Shown piece by piece: positions 17,601 to 31,191 of a stretch of DNA of 64,000 nt. The stretch lies in assembly GCA_965660425.1 (NCBI GenBank), contig CBFHZX010000002.1:66942-130941 (forward strand), read 5' to 3'. How positions within the stretch are numbered: position 1 is the first letter of the stretch; the number at the start of each line of letters is the position of its first letter. The position numbers and the translations under genes were made by a program. The notes under the pieces were generated by a model, which worked only from the letters and a program-made list of their open reading frames with translations, did not search any database and was not told the origin of the DNA. Origin of the DNA: Sulfitobacter sp. GTDB taxonomy: Bacteria > Pseudomonadota > Alphaproteobacteria > Rhodobacterales > Rhodobacteraceae.

Positions 17601-19921
17601 TATTCAGCGGTAAGCAGGGGCGGCTTTTTCGTGGTCAGGCGCGGGCTGTCGGGGCCTTCGACCTGAATGTCGAGTTCGCCCTTTTTGACGCCGATCTTGA
17701 CCACACCACCTTTGGCAAGCTTGCCAAACAGCAGCTCTTCGGAGAGCGGCTTTTTGATGTGCTCTTGGATGACGCGGCCAAGGGGGCGCGCGCCCATCTT
17801 GGAATCGTATCCTTTGTCGCCCAGCCACTCGGCGGCTTTGCTGCTCAGCTCGATCGTCACATTGCGGTCCATCAGCTGGGCCTCAAGCTGGAGGACGAAC
17901 TTCTCGACCACGCGCATGATGGTTTCCTTGGGCAGCGCACCAAAGGAGATCACGGCATCCAGACGGTTGCGGAATTCGGGCGTGAACGTACGCTCGATTG
18001 CTGCCGTATCCTCGCCCGTGCGCTTTTCGCGGCCAAAGCCTACGGCCTCTTTCGCCTGCTCGGACGCACCAGCGTTGGAGGTCATGATAAGGACGACATT
18101 GCGGAAATCCACAGTGCGGCCATTGTGATCGGTGAGTTTGCCGTGGTCCATGACTTGCAGCAGGATGTTGTAGACGTCGGGGTGCGCCTTCTCCATCTCG
18201 TCCAGCAGCAGAACGCAGTGGGGGTCTTGGTCGACGCCATCGGTCAGCATGCCGCCCTGATCAAAGCCGACATAGCCAGGAGGGGCACCAATGAGACGGG
18301 AAACGGCATGTTTCTCCATATACTCGGACATATCAAAGCGCAGCAGCTTCACGCCCAGCGTATCGGCGAGTTGCTTGGCAACTTCGGTTTTACCCACACC
18401 TGTTGGACCCGCGAAGAGGTAGTTGCCGATGGGCTTTTCAGGTTCGCGCAGACCCGCACGGGCCAGTTTGATCGCCGCCGAAAGCTGTTCGATCGCGTTG
18501 TCCTGACCGAAGACCACCCGCTTGAGCGATTTTTCGAGGTCCTTGAGGACCACGACATCGTCCTTGGAGACATTCTTGGGCGGGATGCGCGCGATTTTGG
18601 CGACCACGCCTTCGATTTCCTTTGTCCCGATGGTTTTGCGACGCTTGGATGCGGGGATGAGGTGCTGTGCGGCGCCCGCTTCGTCGATGACGTCGATGGC
18701 TGAGTCGGGCAGCTTTCGGTCATTGATGTAGCGGCTGGCCAGCTCAACGGAGGTTTTGATGGCATCGGCGGTGTATTTGACGCCGTGGTGATCCTCGAAA
18801 TAGGGCTTAATGCCTTTGAGGATTTTCTGTGCGTCTTCGACTGAAGGCTCGTTCACGTCGATTTTCTGGAAGCGGCGCGCGAGGGCACGGTCCTTCTCGA
18901 AGTGCTGGCGGAACTCTTTGTAAGTGGTGGAGCCCATGGTGCGCAGCTTGCCACCCGCGAGGGCGGGTTTCAGCAGGTTGGAGGCATCCATCGCGCCGCC
19001 AGATGTGGCGCCTGCGCCGATAACGGTGTGGATTTCGTCGATGAAGAGGACCGCGTCGTCGTGATCCTCAAGCTCGGTTACGACGGCTTTGAGGCGTTCC
19101 TCGAAATCACCGCGGTAGCGTGTACCCGCCAGCAGTGCGCCCATGTCGAGGGAGAAGATCGTCGTCTCGGCCAGTACTTCGGGCGTCTCTCCCGCAACGA
19201 TTTTGCGCGCGAGGCCTTCGGCGATGGCGGTTTTGCCGACGCCCGGATCACCCACCAGCAGGGGGTTGTTCTTGCGGCGGCGGCACAGCACCTGAATGCA
19301 GCGCTCGACCTCTTCGTCGCGGCCAATGAGCGGGTCCACATCGCCGTCGCGGGATTTGGCGTTGAGGTCCACGCAATATTTCTCGAGCGCAGATTCCTTT
19401 TTCTCGCCGTCGGTGACGCCTTGGGCTTCTTCCTCATGCTCTGGCGCGCCAGAGACGGGGCGCGCTTCGCCGTATTCGGGGTCTTTGGCGACGCCGTGGG
19501 CGATGTAGTTGACCGCGTCATAGCGGGTCATGTCCTGTTCTTGCAGGAAGTAGGCGGCGTTGCTTTCACGCTCTGCGAAGATAGCGACAAGCACGTTTGC
19601 GCCCGTTACTTCGGTGCGGCCAGAGGATTGTACGTGGATCGCGGCGCGCTGGATCACGCGCTGAAAGGCGGCGGTGGGCACGGCCTCTGATCCTTCAACC
19701 TCGGTGACCAGATTGCTGAGGTCTTCGTCGATGAATTCCACCAGCGTCTCGCGCAGCTCCTCGACGTCGACGGAGCAGGCTTTCATCACTTGAAGGGCGT
19801 CAGGCTCGTCCACGAGCGAGAGCAGCAAATGCTCCAGCGTGGCGAATTCGTGTTTGCGTGCATTCGCCAAGGCCAAGGCCGCGTGAATGGACTGCTCTAG
19901 TGTGGTCGAGAATGAAGGCAC
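17600..19921 (-). CDS. clpA: ATP-dependent Clp protease ATP-binding subunit ClpA
   Basis: 773 aa, intact. Clp N-domain plus two AAA+ modules ([30 protein letters not shown]). Confidence 0.97.
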   Translation of the reverse strand: MPSFSTTLEQSIHAALALANARKHEFATLEHLLLSLVDEPDALQVMKACSVDVEELRETLVEFIDEDLSNLVTEVEGSEAVPTAAFQRVIQRAAIHVQSSGRTEVTGANVLVAIFAERESNAAYFLQEQDMTRYDAVNYIAHGVAKDPEYGEARPVSGAPEHEEEAQGVTDGEKKESALEKYCVDLNAKSRDGDVDPLIGRDEEVERCIQVLCRRRKNNPLLVGDPGVGKTAIAEGLARKIVAGETPEVLAETTIFSLDMGALLAGTRYRGDFEERLKAVVTELEDHDDAVLFIDEIHTVIGAGATSGGAMDASNLLKPALAGGKLRTMGSTTYKEFRQHFEKDRALARRFQKIDVNEPSVEDAQKILKGIKPYFEDHHGVKYTADAIKTSVELASRYINDRKLPDSAIDVIDEAGAAQHLIPASKRRKTIGTKEIEGVVAKIARIPPKNVSKDDVVVLKDLEKSLKRVVFGQDNAIEQLSAAIKLARAGLREPEKPIGNYLFAGPTGVGKTEVAKQLADTLGVKLLRFDMSEYMEKHAVSRLIGAPPGYVGFDQGGMLTDGVDQDPHCVLLLDEMEKAHPDVYNILLQVMDHGKLTDHNGRTVDFRNVVLIMTSNAGASEQAKEAVGFGREKRTGEDTAAIERTFTPEFRNRLDAVISFGALPKETIMRVVEKFVLQLEAQLMDRNVTIELSSKAAEWLGDKGYDSKMGARPLGRVIQEHIKKPLSEELLFGKLAKGGVVKIGVKKGELDIQVEGPDSPRLTTKKPPLLTAE

Positions 19922-20164
19922 GTGCGTGCTCCTTTTCGTCGAGGGTCAGAGGCGGTGCGTGGGGGATGCCAGCGCCTGCCGTCCAACCATGGCCTGATAG
20001 TATTAGAGTTTGGTTGATAGTGTCGCGGCTTCAAGTCTTTTCTTTAATAAAGTTGTCATATTTATTTTTTAGCGCAGCGGTTGACGGTGATTTATGCGGT
20101 GTTTGGCGAAGCACGGTTTCGTTGTTTTGCGAAAATGTCGCAGGCGCGGGAGGAGGCTGTGGCG

Positions 20165-20962
20165 CTAGAACGCGTCTTTGCGCGCGCGCACTTCGGCGAA
20201 AACTTGGCTATCAGTTGCGTCTTGCAGTCCGAGTGCGGCGCGCAGTGACGGGTCGGCGACGCGCAGATAGGGATTTGTCGCGCGCTCCAGTGCCAGCGTT
20301 GAGGGCACCGTGAACTTATCCTCTGCACGCGCCTTGGCGATGTCGCTGATACGCTGGTGCAGGGCGGCATTGTCTGGGTCCACTGTGAGGGCGAATTTAC
20401 CGTTGGCCGCCGTATATTCATGGCCCGAGCAGATCTGCGTCTCGTCGGGCCATGCTGCCATTTTGCTCAGGCTCGCGTGCATTTGCGCGGGCGTCCCTTC
20501 AAAAAGCCGTCCACAGCCGAGCGCCATAAGGCTGTCGGCGGTGAAGGCCGCGCGCGCGGCAGGCACGTGAAAGGCGATATGGCCCAGCGTGTGGCCCGAG
20601 ACGTCGATGACATCGACTTGGGCGTCGCCCAGCGTAAAGCTGTCGCCATCGGCCAGCGCCACGTTGAGGTCGGGCAGGCGGTGGGTATCGGCGGCGGCGC
20701 CGTAGACGGGCGTGGGGTGATCCGCGTGCACATCGGCCAATCCCTGCACATGGTCGGGGTGGTGATGGGTGAGCCAGATCTGGCTAAGGGTCCAGCCGCG
20801 CGCGGCAAGCCCGGCCAGAATAGGCGCTGCTTCGGGCACATCAATCAGCGCGACATCGCCCGTCGTCTTGTCGCGCAACAAGAAGGCGTAGTTGTCGGAC
20901 AGGCAGGCGATGGTCACAAGGATGTGGCTGTCGGTCTCGATCATCTCGGAAGGCATGGGCAA
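20165..20962 (-). CDS. gloB: Hydroxyacylglutathione hydrolase (glyoxalase II)
   Basis: Metallo-beta-lactamase motif THHHPDHV, and CLSDNYAFLL near the N-terminus. The start could be 20962 or 20944. Confidence 0.9.
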   Translation of the reverse strand: MPMPSEMIETDSHILVTIACLSDNYAFLLRDKTTGDVALIDVPEAAPILAGLAARGWTLSQIWLTHHHPDHVQGLADVHADHPTPVYGAAADTHRLPDLNVALADGDSFTLGDAQVDVIDVSGHTLGHIAFHVPAARAAFTADSLMALGCGRLFEGTPAQMHASLSKMAAWPDETQICSGHEYTAANGKFALTVDPDNAALHQRISDIAKARAEDKFTVPSTLALERATNPYLRVADPSLRAALGLQDATDSQVFAEVRARKDAF

Positions 20963-21016
20963 GGCTCCTGTGCTGCGCTAGGATAGCAACAATTGGCTTT
21001 GTACGAGGGTCTGTCA

Positions 21017-21751
21017 ATGCATCTTGATGTGCAAGACTTGCGCAATTTCTATTATCGTAGCGCTTTGGGGCGCGCGGCGCAGAAGTCTTTGCGCGACCGC
21101 ATGGTCGAGTTGTGGCCCGAGGCGCAGGGCCAGACGGTTGTGGGCTTTGGCTTTGCCGCGCCCTTGCTACGGCCATATCTCAAGGACGCACGGCGGGTGA
21201 TCACGTTGATGCCTGGACCCCAAGGTGTGATGCCTTGGCCTGCGGGGATGCCCAATACATCCGTTCTGACCGAAGAGACGCTGTGGCCGTTGGAGACAGG
21301 CCATGTGGACAAGCTGGTTCTTATGCACGGGCTTGAGACCAGCGAGCGGGCCTCTGACTTATTGGAGGAATGCTGGCGCGTGTTGGGGCCAGGGGGTAGG
21401 GCGCTGTTTATCGTGCCCAACCGTGCAGGGCTGTGGTCGCGGCGCGACCGCACGCCCTTTGGATATGGGCGGCCCTATTCGCCTGGCCAATTAGATGCAC
21501 AGCTGCGCAAGCACCAGTTCCTGCCCGAGCGGCATGTTGGTGCGCTCTATCAGTTCCCCTCGGGCCAGCGGCTTTGGATGAAATCGGGCGGATTGTTCGA
21601 GCGTGTAGGCTGTCATTTGCCCACAATGATGGCAGGGGGCGCATTCATGGTGGAGGCGACCAAGCTGGTCTATCCGCCAAAGGGTCGCGTGGCACGCAAG
21701 ACATCTCGCGTGCCGATTGGTGTGATGGAGCCTACGGCGAAGCCTGTTTAG
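21017..21751 (+). CDS. Class I SAM-dependent methyltransferase, divergent from gloB
   Basis: Track ORF (TTG 20993) trimmed to ATG 21017, [13 protein letters not shown]... gloB with this methyltransferase is a conserved alphaproteobacterial pair (from memory). Confidence 0.7.
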   Translation: MHLDVQDLRNFYYRSALGRAAQKSLRDRMVELWPEAQGQTVVGFGFAAPLLRPYLKDARRVITLMPGPQGVMPWPAGMPNTSVLTEETLWPLETGHVDKLVLMHGLETSERASDLLEECWRVLGPGGRALFIVPNRAGLWSRRDRTPFGYGRPYSPGQLDAQLRKHQFLPERHVGALYQFPSGQRLWMKSGGLFERVGCHLPTMMAGGAFMVEATKLVYPPKGRVARKTSRVPIGVMEPTAKPV

Positions 21752-21753
21752 GG

Positions 21754-22653
21754 TCAGGCCTCGCTGGTGGCTGTGAAGAGATAGGACGGGCCGGTCGTTA
21801 AAACTTCGGAGAGGGATAGGGCGATGTCTGATGCTGACAGGCCTATCACCCCTTCAAGCCGCACAATACCGTTGAAGACCGCGCTACCCGCATCGTCGAG
21901 CAGGCGGATGTTCACATCCGTAGCGCCCTCCGCCGCGTCCTCGGTCAGGCTGATGGAAGTGCCAAGACCCTCAGCCGACGTGCCGCCAAAGGGGTTTGTG
22001 TCGATCACGTTCACATCCTCGTCGGGCGAGAAATCAGTGACTCGCGCCACAAGGCCAAAATCAGCAGGACCGTCGCTGCCGAACAGGGACGTGATCTGGA
22101 GGGTGTCCTCGCCTTCGCCCATTGTGAAGGTGTCGACGGTCAGCTCGCTGACGGGTGTAAACAGCTCGGTGATCAGCAGGTCATCGCCTGCGCCGCCGTC
22201 GACGGTGCTGGGATTGCTGAATTCGATCTCGCTGGCGATGACGGTGTCGTTGCCTGCGCCGCCTTCCATCACCAGTGGTCCCGCATCGTCGCGCCCTTCG
22301 TGCAGCAGCAGGTCTTCGCCCTCGCCGCCAAATACGGAAGCGCCGTTGCCATCCGCGTTTGCTGTGATGGTATCATTGCCCTCAAGGCCAAAGACGGAGG
22401 CATCGGATTGGGTCGTGATCCTATCTGCTTCGGGGGTGCCGACACCCTCGACACCTGGATTAACGAGAGGCTGCGGCTCAGGATCGGGTTCAGGATCTAG
22501 CGGAAGTTCGGAGATGATGCGCTCTTCACGCTCTTCCGGCTCCACGAGAGGTTCGGGATCAACAGGAGTGTCCGCCATATCCTCCTCATTGCTGCTGAGG
22601 GCGGGGAGGAAGAGGGCAAGCCCGATGAGGGATAAGAGTGCGATAGCAGACAT
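21754..22653 (-). CDS. Secreted acidic calcium-binding protein with RTX-like GGxGxD repeats
   Basis: Signal/anchor sequence MSAIALLSLIGLALFLPALSS, a P/E-rich linker, and the repeats GGEGEDLL, GGAGNDTV and GGAGDDLL. Confidence 0.7.
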   Translation of the reverse strand: MSAIALLSLIGLALFLPALSSNEEDMADTPVDPEPLVEPEEREERIISELPLDPEPDPEPQPLVNPGVEGVGTPEADRITTQSDASVFGLEGNDTITANADGNGASVFGGEGEDLLLHEGRDDAGPLVMEGGAGNDTVIASEIEFSNPSTVDGGAGDDLLITELFTPVSELTVDTFTMGEGEDTLQITSLFGSDGPADFGLVARVTDFSPDEDVNVIDTNPFGGTSAEGLGTSISLTEDAAEGATDVNIRLLDDAGSAVFNGIVRLEGVIGLSASDIALSLSEVLTTGPSYLFTATSEA

Positions 22654-23080
22654 GATAGCTCCGGAATTGATACGCTGAGCTTTGGTTAACTGATGTTAAC
22701 TGTCAATAATTACGGTGCTTTCAGTATGGGGGCCTGCTGAATTCCAGTACGGGGTCACAGATTGTTTCGATATTCTGAACAATCGGTGCAAAGAGATGCC
22801 TTTGTAAACGCCCAAGGCTGCACGGGCCTGGCCGTTAAGAATCGTACAAATTGCTCCAAAATGCTGCGCTGCGGTGAAAATATAGCCGCGCCAAATGGCA
22901 GCAGTTTTGCCAAACCCTTGATAAAAAGGGAAATGCGCGAAATGCGACCTCACTATACTGTGTTGCGGCACGCGAAGTGGTCTGCTACATCGCCCTAGAT
23001 TTCACCGCGCGGGGTCTTTTTGGTCACGCGCTTAGCCACTGGCAATACCCGATTGGTTGCCGGTGCAGACGTACGAGAGG

Positions 23081-23647
23081 ATGGACGTGTCCGAACCAGC
23101 TTCGATTTCCACCGGCATCGCGCAGCGTTATGCGACAGCCGTATTTGAACTGGCCAAAGAGGCCAAAAAAGTCAAAGCCGTCGAGACGGATTTGACAGCG
23201 TTGCAAGATGCAATGAACAGCAGCGACGATTTGCGCGCTCTTATTCATTCGCCCATCTACACACGCGAAGAGCATGCGGTAGCGATCAGCGCCCTTGCCA
23301 AGAAAATGAAATTGTCCCCGATGATGGTCAACACAGTCGCTCTGATGGCGCAAAAGCGTCGTCTGTTCGTGTTGCCACAATTGGTACAGACCCTGCGCGA
23401 CATTATCGCGGAGGATAAGGGTGAGGTGACGGCTGATGTTATATCGGCCAAAGCCCTGACCAAGACGCAGGCCGACAAGCTGGCCGCGTCGCTCAAGAAG
23501 ACAACCGGCAAGACCGTGACACTGCACCAGAGCGTTGATGAGACCCTCATCGGCGGTTTGATTGTTAAAGTGGGCTCGAAGATGATCGACACGTCGATCC
23601 GCTCCAAGCTCAATTCCCTTCAGAATGTAATGAAAGAGGTCGGATAA
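23081..23647 (+). CDS. atpH: F0F1 ATP synthase subunit delta
   Basis: ...SEPASISTGIAQRYATAVFELAKEA... is OSCP-like. The start is ATG 23081 or GTG 23087 (AGAGGA upstream); the track ORF begins at 23057. Confidence 0.9.
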   Translation: MDVSEPASISTGIAQRYATAVFELAKEAKKVKAVETDLTALQDAMNSSDDLRALIHSPIYTREEHAVAISALAKKMKLSPMMVNTVALMAQKRRLFVLPQLVQTLRDIIAEDKGEVTADVISAKALTKTQADKLAASLKKTTGKTVTLHQSVDETLIGGLIVKVGSKMIDTSIRSKLNSLQNVMKEVG

Positions 23648-25186
23648 ATGGGTATCCAAGCTGCAGAGATTTCTGCGATCCTGAAAGACCAGATCAAGAA
23701 TTTTGGTCAAGAAGCTGAAGTGGCCGAAGTTGGCCGCGTTCTCAGCGTTGGTGACGGTATTGCGCGCGTCTACGGTCTGGACAATGTCCAGGCGGGTGAG
23801 ATGGTTGAATTCCCCGGTGGTATTCAGGGCATGGCGCTGAACCTTGAGGCCGACAACGTCGGTGTTGTTATCTTCGGTTCCGACCGCGACATTAAAGAAG
23901 GCGACACCGTAAAGCGCACAAACTCCATCGTGGATGTGCCAATCGGTGACGAGCTGCTTGGCCGCGTTGTTGACGGTCTGGGCAACCCAATTGACGGCAA
24001 AGGCCCCATTGGCGCGAAAAAGCGCGGCTTGGCCGAAGTCAAAGCGCCGGGCATTATCCCGCGTAAATCTGTTCACGAGCCGATGTCCACGGGCCTCAAG
24101 TCCGTTGACGCGATGATCCCCGTTGGCCGTGGCCAGCGCGAATTGATCATTGGTGACCGCCAGACAGGTAAGACTGCTGTGGCCCTCGACGCGATGCTGA
24201 ACCAAGCGCAGGTTAACGCCGCTGCTGGCGACGACGAGAGCAAGAAGATGTACTGTGTGTACGTTGCGATCGGTCAGAAGCGCTCCACTGTTGCCCAGCT
24301 GGTCAAGAAGCTGGAAGAGACAGGCGCGATTGAATATTCCATCGTTGTGGCCGCGACCGCGTCCGAGCCTGCACCCATGCAGTTCCTCGCACCTTACTCC
24401 GCGACAGCTATGGCAGAGCACTTCCGCGACAATGGCCGCCACGCTTTGATCGTATATGATGATCTTTCCAAGCAGGCTGTGTCCTACCGTCAGATGTCAC
24501 TTCTGCTGCGTCGTCCACCCGGGCGTGAAGCTTATCCTGGTGACGTTTTCTATCTCCACTCCCGCCTGCTTGAGCGTTCCGCGAAGCTGGGTGATGATGC
24601 GGGCAACGGCTCACTTACAGCTCTGCCGATCATTGAAACCCAAGGTGGTGACGTTTCCGCGTTTATTCCGACCAACGTGATTTCCATCACCGACGGTCAG
24701 ATCTTTCTCGAGACGGAACTCTTCTACCAAGGTATCCGCCCTGCTGTGAACACAGGTCTGTCCGTATCGCGCGTTGGCTCCTCCGCTCAGACAAAGGCGA
24801 TGTCCTCTGTTGCGGGTCCGGTAAAGCTGTCGCTGGCCCAGTACCGCGAGATGGCTGCGTTCGCGCAGTTCGGTTCCGACCTTGACGCCTCCACCCAGCA
24901 GCTGCTGGCCCGTGGTGCGCGCCTGACCGAGCTGATGAAGCAGCCGCAGTACAACCCGCTGACCAACGCCGAGATCGTTTGCGTGATTTATGCGGGCACC
25001 AACGGTTACCTCGACAAAGTCGACGTGTCCGATGTGGGCCGCTATGAGGCTGGTCTGCTGAAGCACCTGCGTGCCAAGCACAACGATCTGCTTGAAGATA
25101 TCACCAACAACGACCGCAAGGTGAAGGACGAGTTGGCTGATCAAATCAAAGCGGCTCTCGACGCGTTCGCTGCTGACTTCGCTTAA
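23648..25186 (+). CDS. atpA: F0F1 ATP synthase subunit alpha
   Basis: 512 aa. Walker A motif GDRQTGKT. Unmistakable alpha-subunit sequence. Confidence 0.98.
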   Translation: MGIQAAEISAILKDQIKNFGQEAEVAEVGRVLSVGDGIARVYGLDNVQAGEMVEFPGGIQGMALNLEADNVGVVIFGSDRDIKEGDTVKRTNSIVDVPIGDELLGRVVDGLGNPIDGKGPIGAKKRGLAEVKAPGIIPRKSVHEPMSTGLKSVDAMIPVGRGQRELIIGDRQTGKTAVALDAMLNQAQVNAAAGDDESKKMYCVYVAIGQKRSTVAQLVKKLEETGAIEYSIVVAATASEPAPMQFLAPYSATAMAEHFRDNGRHALIVYDDLSKQAVSYRQMSLLLRRPPGREAYPGDVFYLHSRLLERSAKLGDDAGNGSLTALPIIETQGGDVSAFIPTNVISITDGQIFLETELFYQGIRPAVNTGLSVSRVGSSAQTKAMSSVAGPVKLSLAQYREMAAFAQFGSDLDASTQQLLARGARLTELMKQPQYNPLTNAEIVCVIYAGTNGYLDKVDVSDVGRYEAGLLKHLRAKHNDLLEDITNNDRKVKDELADQIKAALDAFAADFA

Positions 25187-25199
25187 GGAGAGATAGCCA

Positions 25200-27519
<2,320 letters not shown>

Positions 27520-27531
27520 GGAGCGCTCAAG

Positions 27532-27960
27532 ATGGCAGACACGATGCAATTCGATCTGGTGTCGCCCGAGCGGCGCCTTGCCTCGGCTCAGGTCGCTTCG
27601 ATACAGATTCCGGGTGCGGATGGGGATATGACGGCGATGCAAGGACATGCGCCGACCATCACCACCCTGCGCCCCGGTATTCTGACGGTGGACGGTCCTG
27701 ACGGGCAGCAGCAATATGTGGTTACAGGCGGTTTCGCCGAGATCACAGCCGCTGGTGTATCCGTTCTGGCGGAGCGTGCTTTGGCCAAGGAAGACATGAC
27801 GCAGGAAACCATGGAGGAGATCATGGAAGAAGCCCGCAACATGTACACCAAGACAAAGGAAGCCTTTGACAACCAGCCCGGTCCTGTGGATGACGCGGCT
27901 AAGCTGCTGTCGGATATGGTCGCCATGGGCGAGCATATGGGCCTTACCGCCAAGAACTGA
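27532..27960 (+). CDS. atpC: F0F1 ATP synthase subunit epsilon
   Basis: 142 aa: [18 protein letters not shown]... Last gene of the F1 operon. Confidence 0.95.
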   Translation: MADTMQFDLVSPERRLASAQVASIQIPGADGDMTAMQGHAPTITTLRPGILTVDGPDGQQQYVVTGGFAEITAAGVSVLAERALAKEDMTQETMEEIMEEARNMYTKTKEAFDNQPGPVDDAAKLLSDMVAMGEHMGLTAKN

Positions 27961-27980
27961 TAAGGTTCAAGCATTTACAG

Positions 27981-28012
27981 AAGGCCTCGCATCCCTGCGG
28001 GGCCTTTTGCGT
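27981..28012 (+). terminator. Rho-independent terminator of the atp operon
   Basis: AAGGCCTCGC-atccct-GCGGGGCCTT (10-bp stem, one G-U pair) followed by TTGCGTTT. Confidence 0.7.
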
Positions 28013-28082
28013 TTGGAATGTCAGAGTTTTGACATAAAATGGTGCTAGGCCGACCATTCAATCGCTTACGGGAAAGACGACC

Positions 28083-28433
28083 ATGAGAAAATTACGCAGT
28101 TTGATCGTTGGCGTGGATAGCGGCAATGAGGTGCTGTTCGAAGATTTCGAGGATGGCGGCGAGATGTGGACCGGCCGTGGCCAGCGTGAGCGGCGGCGGC
28201 GGATCAAATTCTCCGAAAAATATCTGAGTGTGCCGACGGTGCAGCTGTCGATTTCCTTGTGGGATATGGATGCAGGCACGGTGTTGCGCGCGGATGTGAC
28301 GGTGGAATCCGTGAACTAGAAGGGCTTTGACATGTTGTTCCGCACATGGGGCGACACCAAGGTCGCCCGCGTGCGCATCGCATGGATGGCGATGGGTGAA
28401 TTGGAAGACTCCGATGCTTGGGACGTGGGGTAA
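28083..28433 (+). pseudogene. H-type lectin domain gene interrupted by an in-frame TAG at 28317-28319
   Basis: ...LSISLWDMDAGTVLRADVTVESVN*KGFDMLFRTWGDTKVARVRIAWMAMGELEDSDAWDVG. The domain continues in the same frame for 37 more codons to TAA 28431-28433. Confidence 0.6.
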
Positions 28434-28601
28434 GGGAACGCTGCGGTTGTAGCTACGATTGGTCTTTGCCTGTGCGTAGAGTGGCAGCTTTGCGCATACA
28501 GCGACCTAGGGTGTGGTGCGCCTCACAACCCCTGATATGACGCTTTCTGCCCCGTTAGCACCTTGCAGTTCTTGAGATGTAGGTCCGTGCAGCCTGTCGG
28601 A

Positions 28602-28955
28602 TTACCCGTGCTTGTGGTCTTCGGAACCACGTACTTCAGCGATAGTGGTTGCGGCCAATCGTTCAACAAGGCTTTGCTCGATCTCTTCAAGGACGGAAGC
28701 CACTTTGCTCTGTAAGACATGTTCGATTGAACAGTCGGGTGTGGCTTCTTTTTCGCCTGTGGCAACGAGGCTTTCGTCGAGTGCGAGATAGATGTCTGCC
28801 AGTGTAATCAGTTCTGGCGCGCGGGCCAAGCGCCATCCGCCTGCATGCCCTGACTCTGACATCAGCAACCCCGCCTCACGCAGTTTGCCAAGGACACGCC
28901 GCACGACAACGGGATTCGTTCCTGCATGCTCGGCAATATTCGCAGATGTGCGCAT
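28602..28955 (-). CDS. Rrf2-family transcriptional regulator, apparently lacking its normal N-terminus
   Basis: 117-aa ORF with the wHTH core (TNPVVVRRVLGKLREAGLLMSESGHAGGWRLAR). The in-frame upstream sequence SNEPRIATFAIKAGDPNN looks like the missing helix, but it is preceded by TAG-TGA and has no start codon. Confidence 0.7.
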   Translation of the reverse strand: MRTSANIAEHAGTNPVVVRRVLGKLREAGLLMSESGHAGGWRLARAPELITLADIYLALDESLVATGEKEATPDCSIEHVLQSKVASVLEEIEQSLVERLAATTIAEVRGSEDHKHG

Positions 28956-29103
28956 GTTGTTGGGGTCCCCCGCCTTGATTGCGAAGGTTGCAATGCGAGG
29001 TTCGTTGGATCACTAAAAATGATCGGGGTGAAAAATTTAATCGATTTGATTATCTGGCGCGTTTCGGCTCACTTGTAGGGGTAACACTCAACAGGAGCTC
29101 CAG

Positions 29104-31191
29104 ATGGCAGCGACATCGAACCGCCTCGGCGTTGATATCGGAGGTACTTTCACCGACGTTGTATTGGAAAGTAACGGCCAGTCGTTTTCGACCAAAGTGC
29201 TCACCACCTATGCGGCCCCCGAGGATGCGATCATTGACGGGATGCGTCAGGTTTGTGCCAAGGCGGGCGTTGAGCCAAGCCAGATTGACCAGATCATTCA
29301 TGGAACCACGTTGGCCACGAACGCTTTGATTGAACGGCGCGGGGCGAAGACGGCGTTGATCACCACGGAAGGCTTCCGTGATGTCATCGAGATGCGCACT
29401 GAGAGCAGGTTCGAGCAATATGATCTGAACCTCAACTTGCCCGAGCCTTTGCTGCCGCGTCAGATGCGGTTTACTGTTGCGGGGCGGGTTGATGCGAACG
29501 GAGCCGTTTTGGTTGATATTGACCGTGCCGAGGTTGAAGCGGTGGTTGACCGCATCGCAGAGGCGGGTTTTGAAAGCGTCGCCGTCGGCTTGATCCATTC
29601 CTACCTCAACCCTGCGCATGAGGAGTTGGTGCGCGATGTTTTGGCAGAGAAATTGCCCCATGTCGCCGTGTCGATATCTTCCGAGGTGTCACCTCAGATG
29701 CGCGAGTACGAGCGGTTCAACACTGTTGTTGCGAATGCGTATATCAAACCACTGATGGCCTCCTACCTTGGCCGTCTCGAGGGGCGTCTCAAAGATGAGG
29801 GCGTGTCGTGTCGCATTTTCCTGATGCATTCGGGGGGTGGGATCATCTCGATCCAGAATGCAGCTGATTTTCCTGTGCGGTTGGTCGAATCCGGCCCTGC
29901 GGGGGGGGCAGTGTTCGCGGCCCATATCGCGGCGCGTTATGGCTTGGACAAGGTTCTGTCCTTTGACATGGGCGGCACAACGGCCAAGATTTGTCTGATC
30001 AAAAACCAAACACCCAAAACCAGCCGCGTGTTTGAAGTCGCCCGCACCTACCGTTTCAAAAAAGGCTCTGGCATGCCGATTTCGATACCTGTGATTGACA
30101 TGGTCGAGATTGGGGCAGGCGGTGGATCGCTGGCGCATGTTGATGCGATGCGCCAGATCCGCGTTGGCCCTGAAAGTGCGGGGTCCGAGCCTGGTCCTGC
30201 GTGCTATGGCCGCGGTGGCGCGCGCCCGGCCGTGACAGACGCCGACCTTGTTCTGGGCAAGCTTGACCCTGATAATTTTGCGGGTGGTTCCATAAAACTG
30301 CACCCCGAGGAATCAAAATCTGCGCTCGCGGCTCATGTCGGCACGACCCTTGATATGGACGCGGTTGAGGCGGCATTCGGTGTGGCCGAAGTGGTGGACG
30401 AGAACATGGCCAATGCGGCGCGTGTGCATGCGGTTGAGAATGGTGAAGACCTGTCGGAATACACGATGATTGCGTTTGGCGGTGCTGCCCCGCTGCATGC
30501 GGGGCGTTTGATTGAGAAGTTGGGCGTTGAGCGTCTGCTGGTGCCGACGGGGGCGGGCGTCGGCTCTGCCATCGGGTTTCTGCGTGCGCCCTTCAGCTTT
30601 GAGGCCAACCGCTCTGTCTATATGAAGCTCAGTGATTTTGACGGGGACCGTATCAAAACGATTCTGACGGATCTGAAGGCCGAGGCGACGGGATTTGTGC
30701 GCACCTGCGATGAGGTCAGCCCGATCCTGTCTGAGTTCAAAGTCTACATGCGCTATACGGGTCAGGGTTGGGAAATCCCGATTCAGCTGACCGAAGAGCA
30801 GGCCATGACCCCAGATGCAGCGACATTTGAAGCGCGGTTTATCGAGGATTATTCCAAGCTGTTTGGCCGTCCCGTTGAGGGCATGGATATCGAGATCACG
30901 GTGTGGTCGGTGAATGCGACCACGCCACCAGAAGCGGTTGCCCGTATGAAAGAGACGGGGGGCGATCACGTCGCACCATCCGTTGGGTTGCGTTCGGTTT
31001 TTGACCCAGCGCAGAGCAGCTATCTGGAGGCGCAGTTGGTCAACCGTTTTGATATGGCAACAGGGCAGCGCGCGAATGGTCCTGCCGCGATTGTCGAGGA
31101 CGAGACGACGATTATCGTGCCTGCAAGCAGGGTTGCCATACGCCAGCCTGACGGCTGTATCGACATAGTCGTGAAAGGATCAGCGCAATGA
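29104..31191 (+). CDS. Hydantoinase/oxoprolinase family protein, A (beta) subunit type
   Basis: 695 aa. N-terminus LGVDIGGTFTDVVL and the HyuA-type fold signature. ATGA overlap with the next gene. Confidence 0.9.
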   Translation: MAATSNRLGVDIGGTFTDVVLESNGQSFSTKVLTTYAAPEDAIIDGMRQVCAKAGVEPSQIDQIIHGTTLATNALIERRGAKTALITTEGFRDVIEMRTESRFEQYDLNLNLPEPLLPRQMRFTVAGRVDANGAVLVDIDRAEVEAVVDRIAEAGFESVAVGLIHSYLNPAHEELVRDVLAEKLPHVAVSISSEVSPQMREYERFNTVVANAYIKPLMASYLGRLEGRLKDEGVSCRIFLMHSGGGIISIQNAADFPVRLVESGPAGGAVFAAHIAARYGLDKVLSFDMGGTTAKICLIKNQTPKTSRVFEVARTYRFKKGSGMPISIPVIDMVEIGAGGGSLAHVDAMRQIRVGPESAGSEPGPACYGRGGARPAVTDADLVLGKLDPDNFAGGSIKLHPEESKSALAAHVGTTLDMDAVEAAFGVAEVVDENMANAARVHAVENGEDLSEYTMIAFGGAAPLHAGRLIEKLGVERLLVPTGAGVGSAIGFLRAPFSFEANRSVYMKLSDFDGDRIKTILTDLKAEATGFVRTCDEVSPILSEFKVYMRYTGQGWEIPIQLTEEQAMTPDAATFEARFIEDYSKLFGRPVEGMDIEITVWSVNATTPPEAVARMKETGGDHVAPSVGLRSVFDPAQSSYLEAQLVNRFDMATGQRANGPAAIVEDETTIIVPASRVAIRQPDGCIDIVVKGSAQ

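Noticed and set aside
19922-20164. RpoH-type promoter upstream of clpA (CTTGAA at about 20024-20029 on the minus strand).
   Set aside because: There is a good -35 hexamer, but no convincing CCCCATNT-like -10 at the right spacing. It is too weak to report as a feature.
22696-22971. 91-aa minus-strand ORF (and the overlapping 78-aa plus-strand ORF) in the atpH upstream spacer.
   Set aside because: It lies in an AT-richer intergenic region with no SD, no recognisable domain, and a composition atypical of the window's genes. It is more likely promoter or leader DNA.
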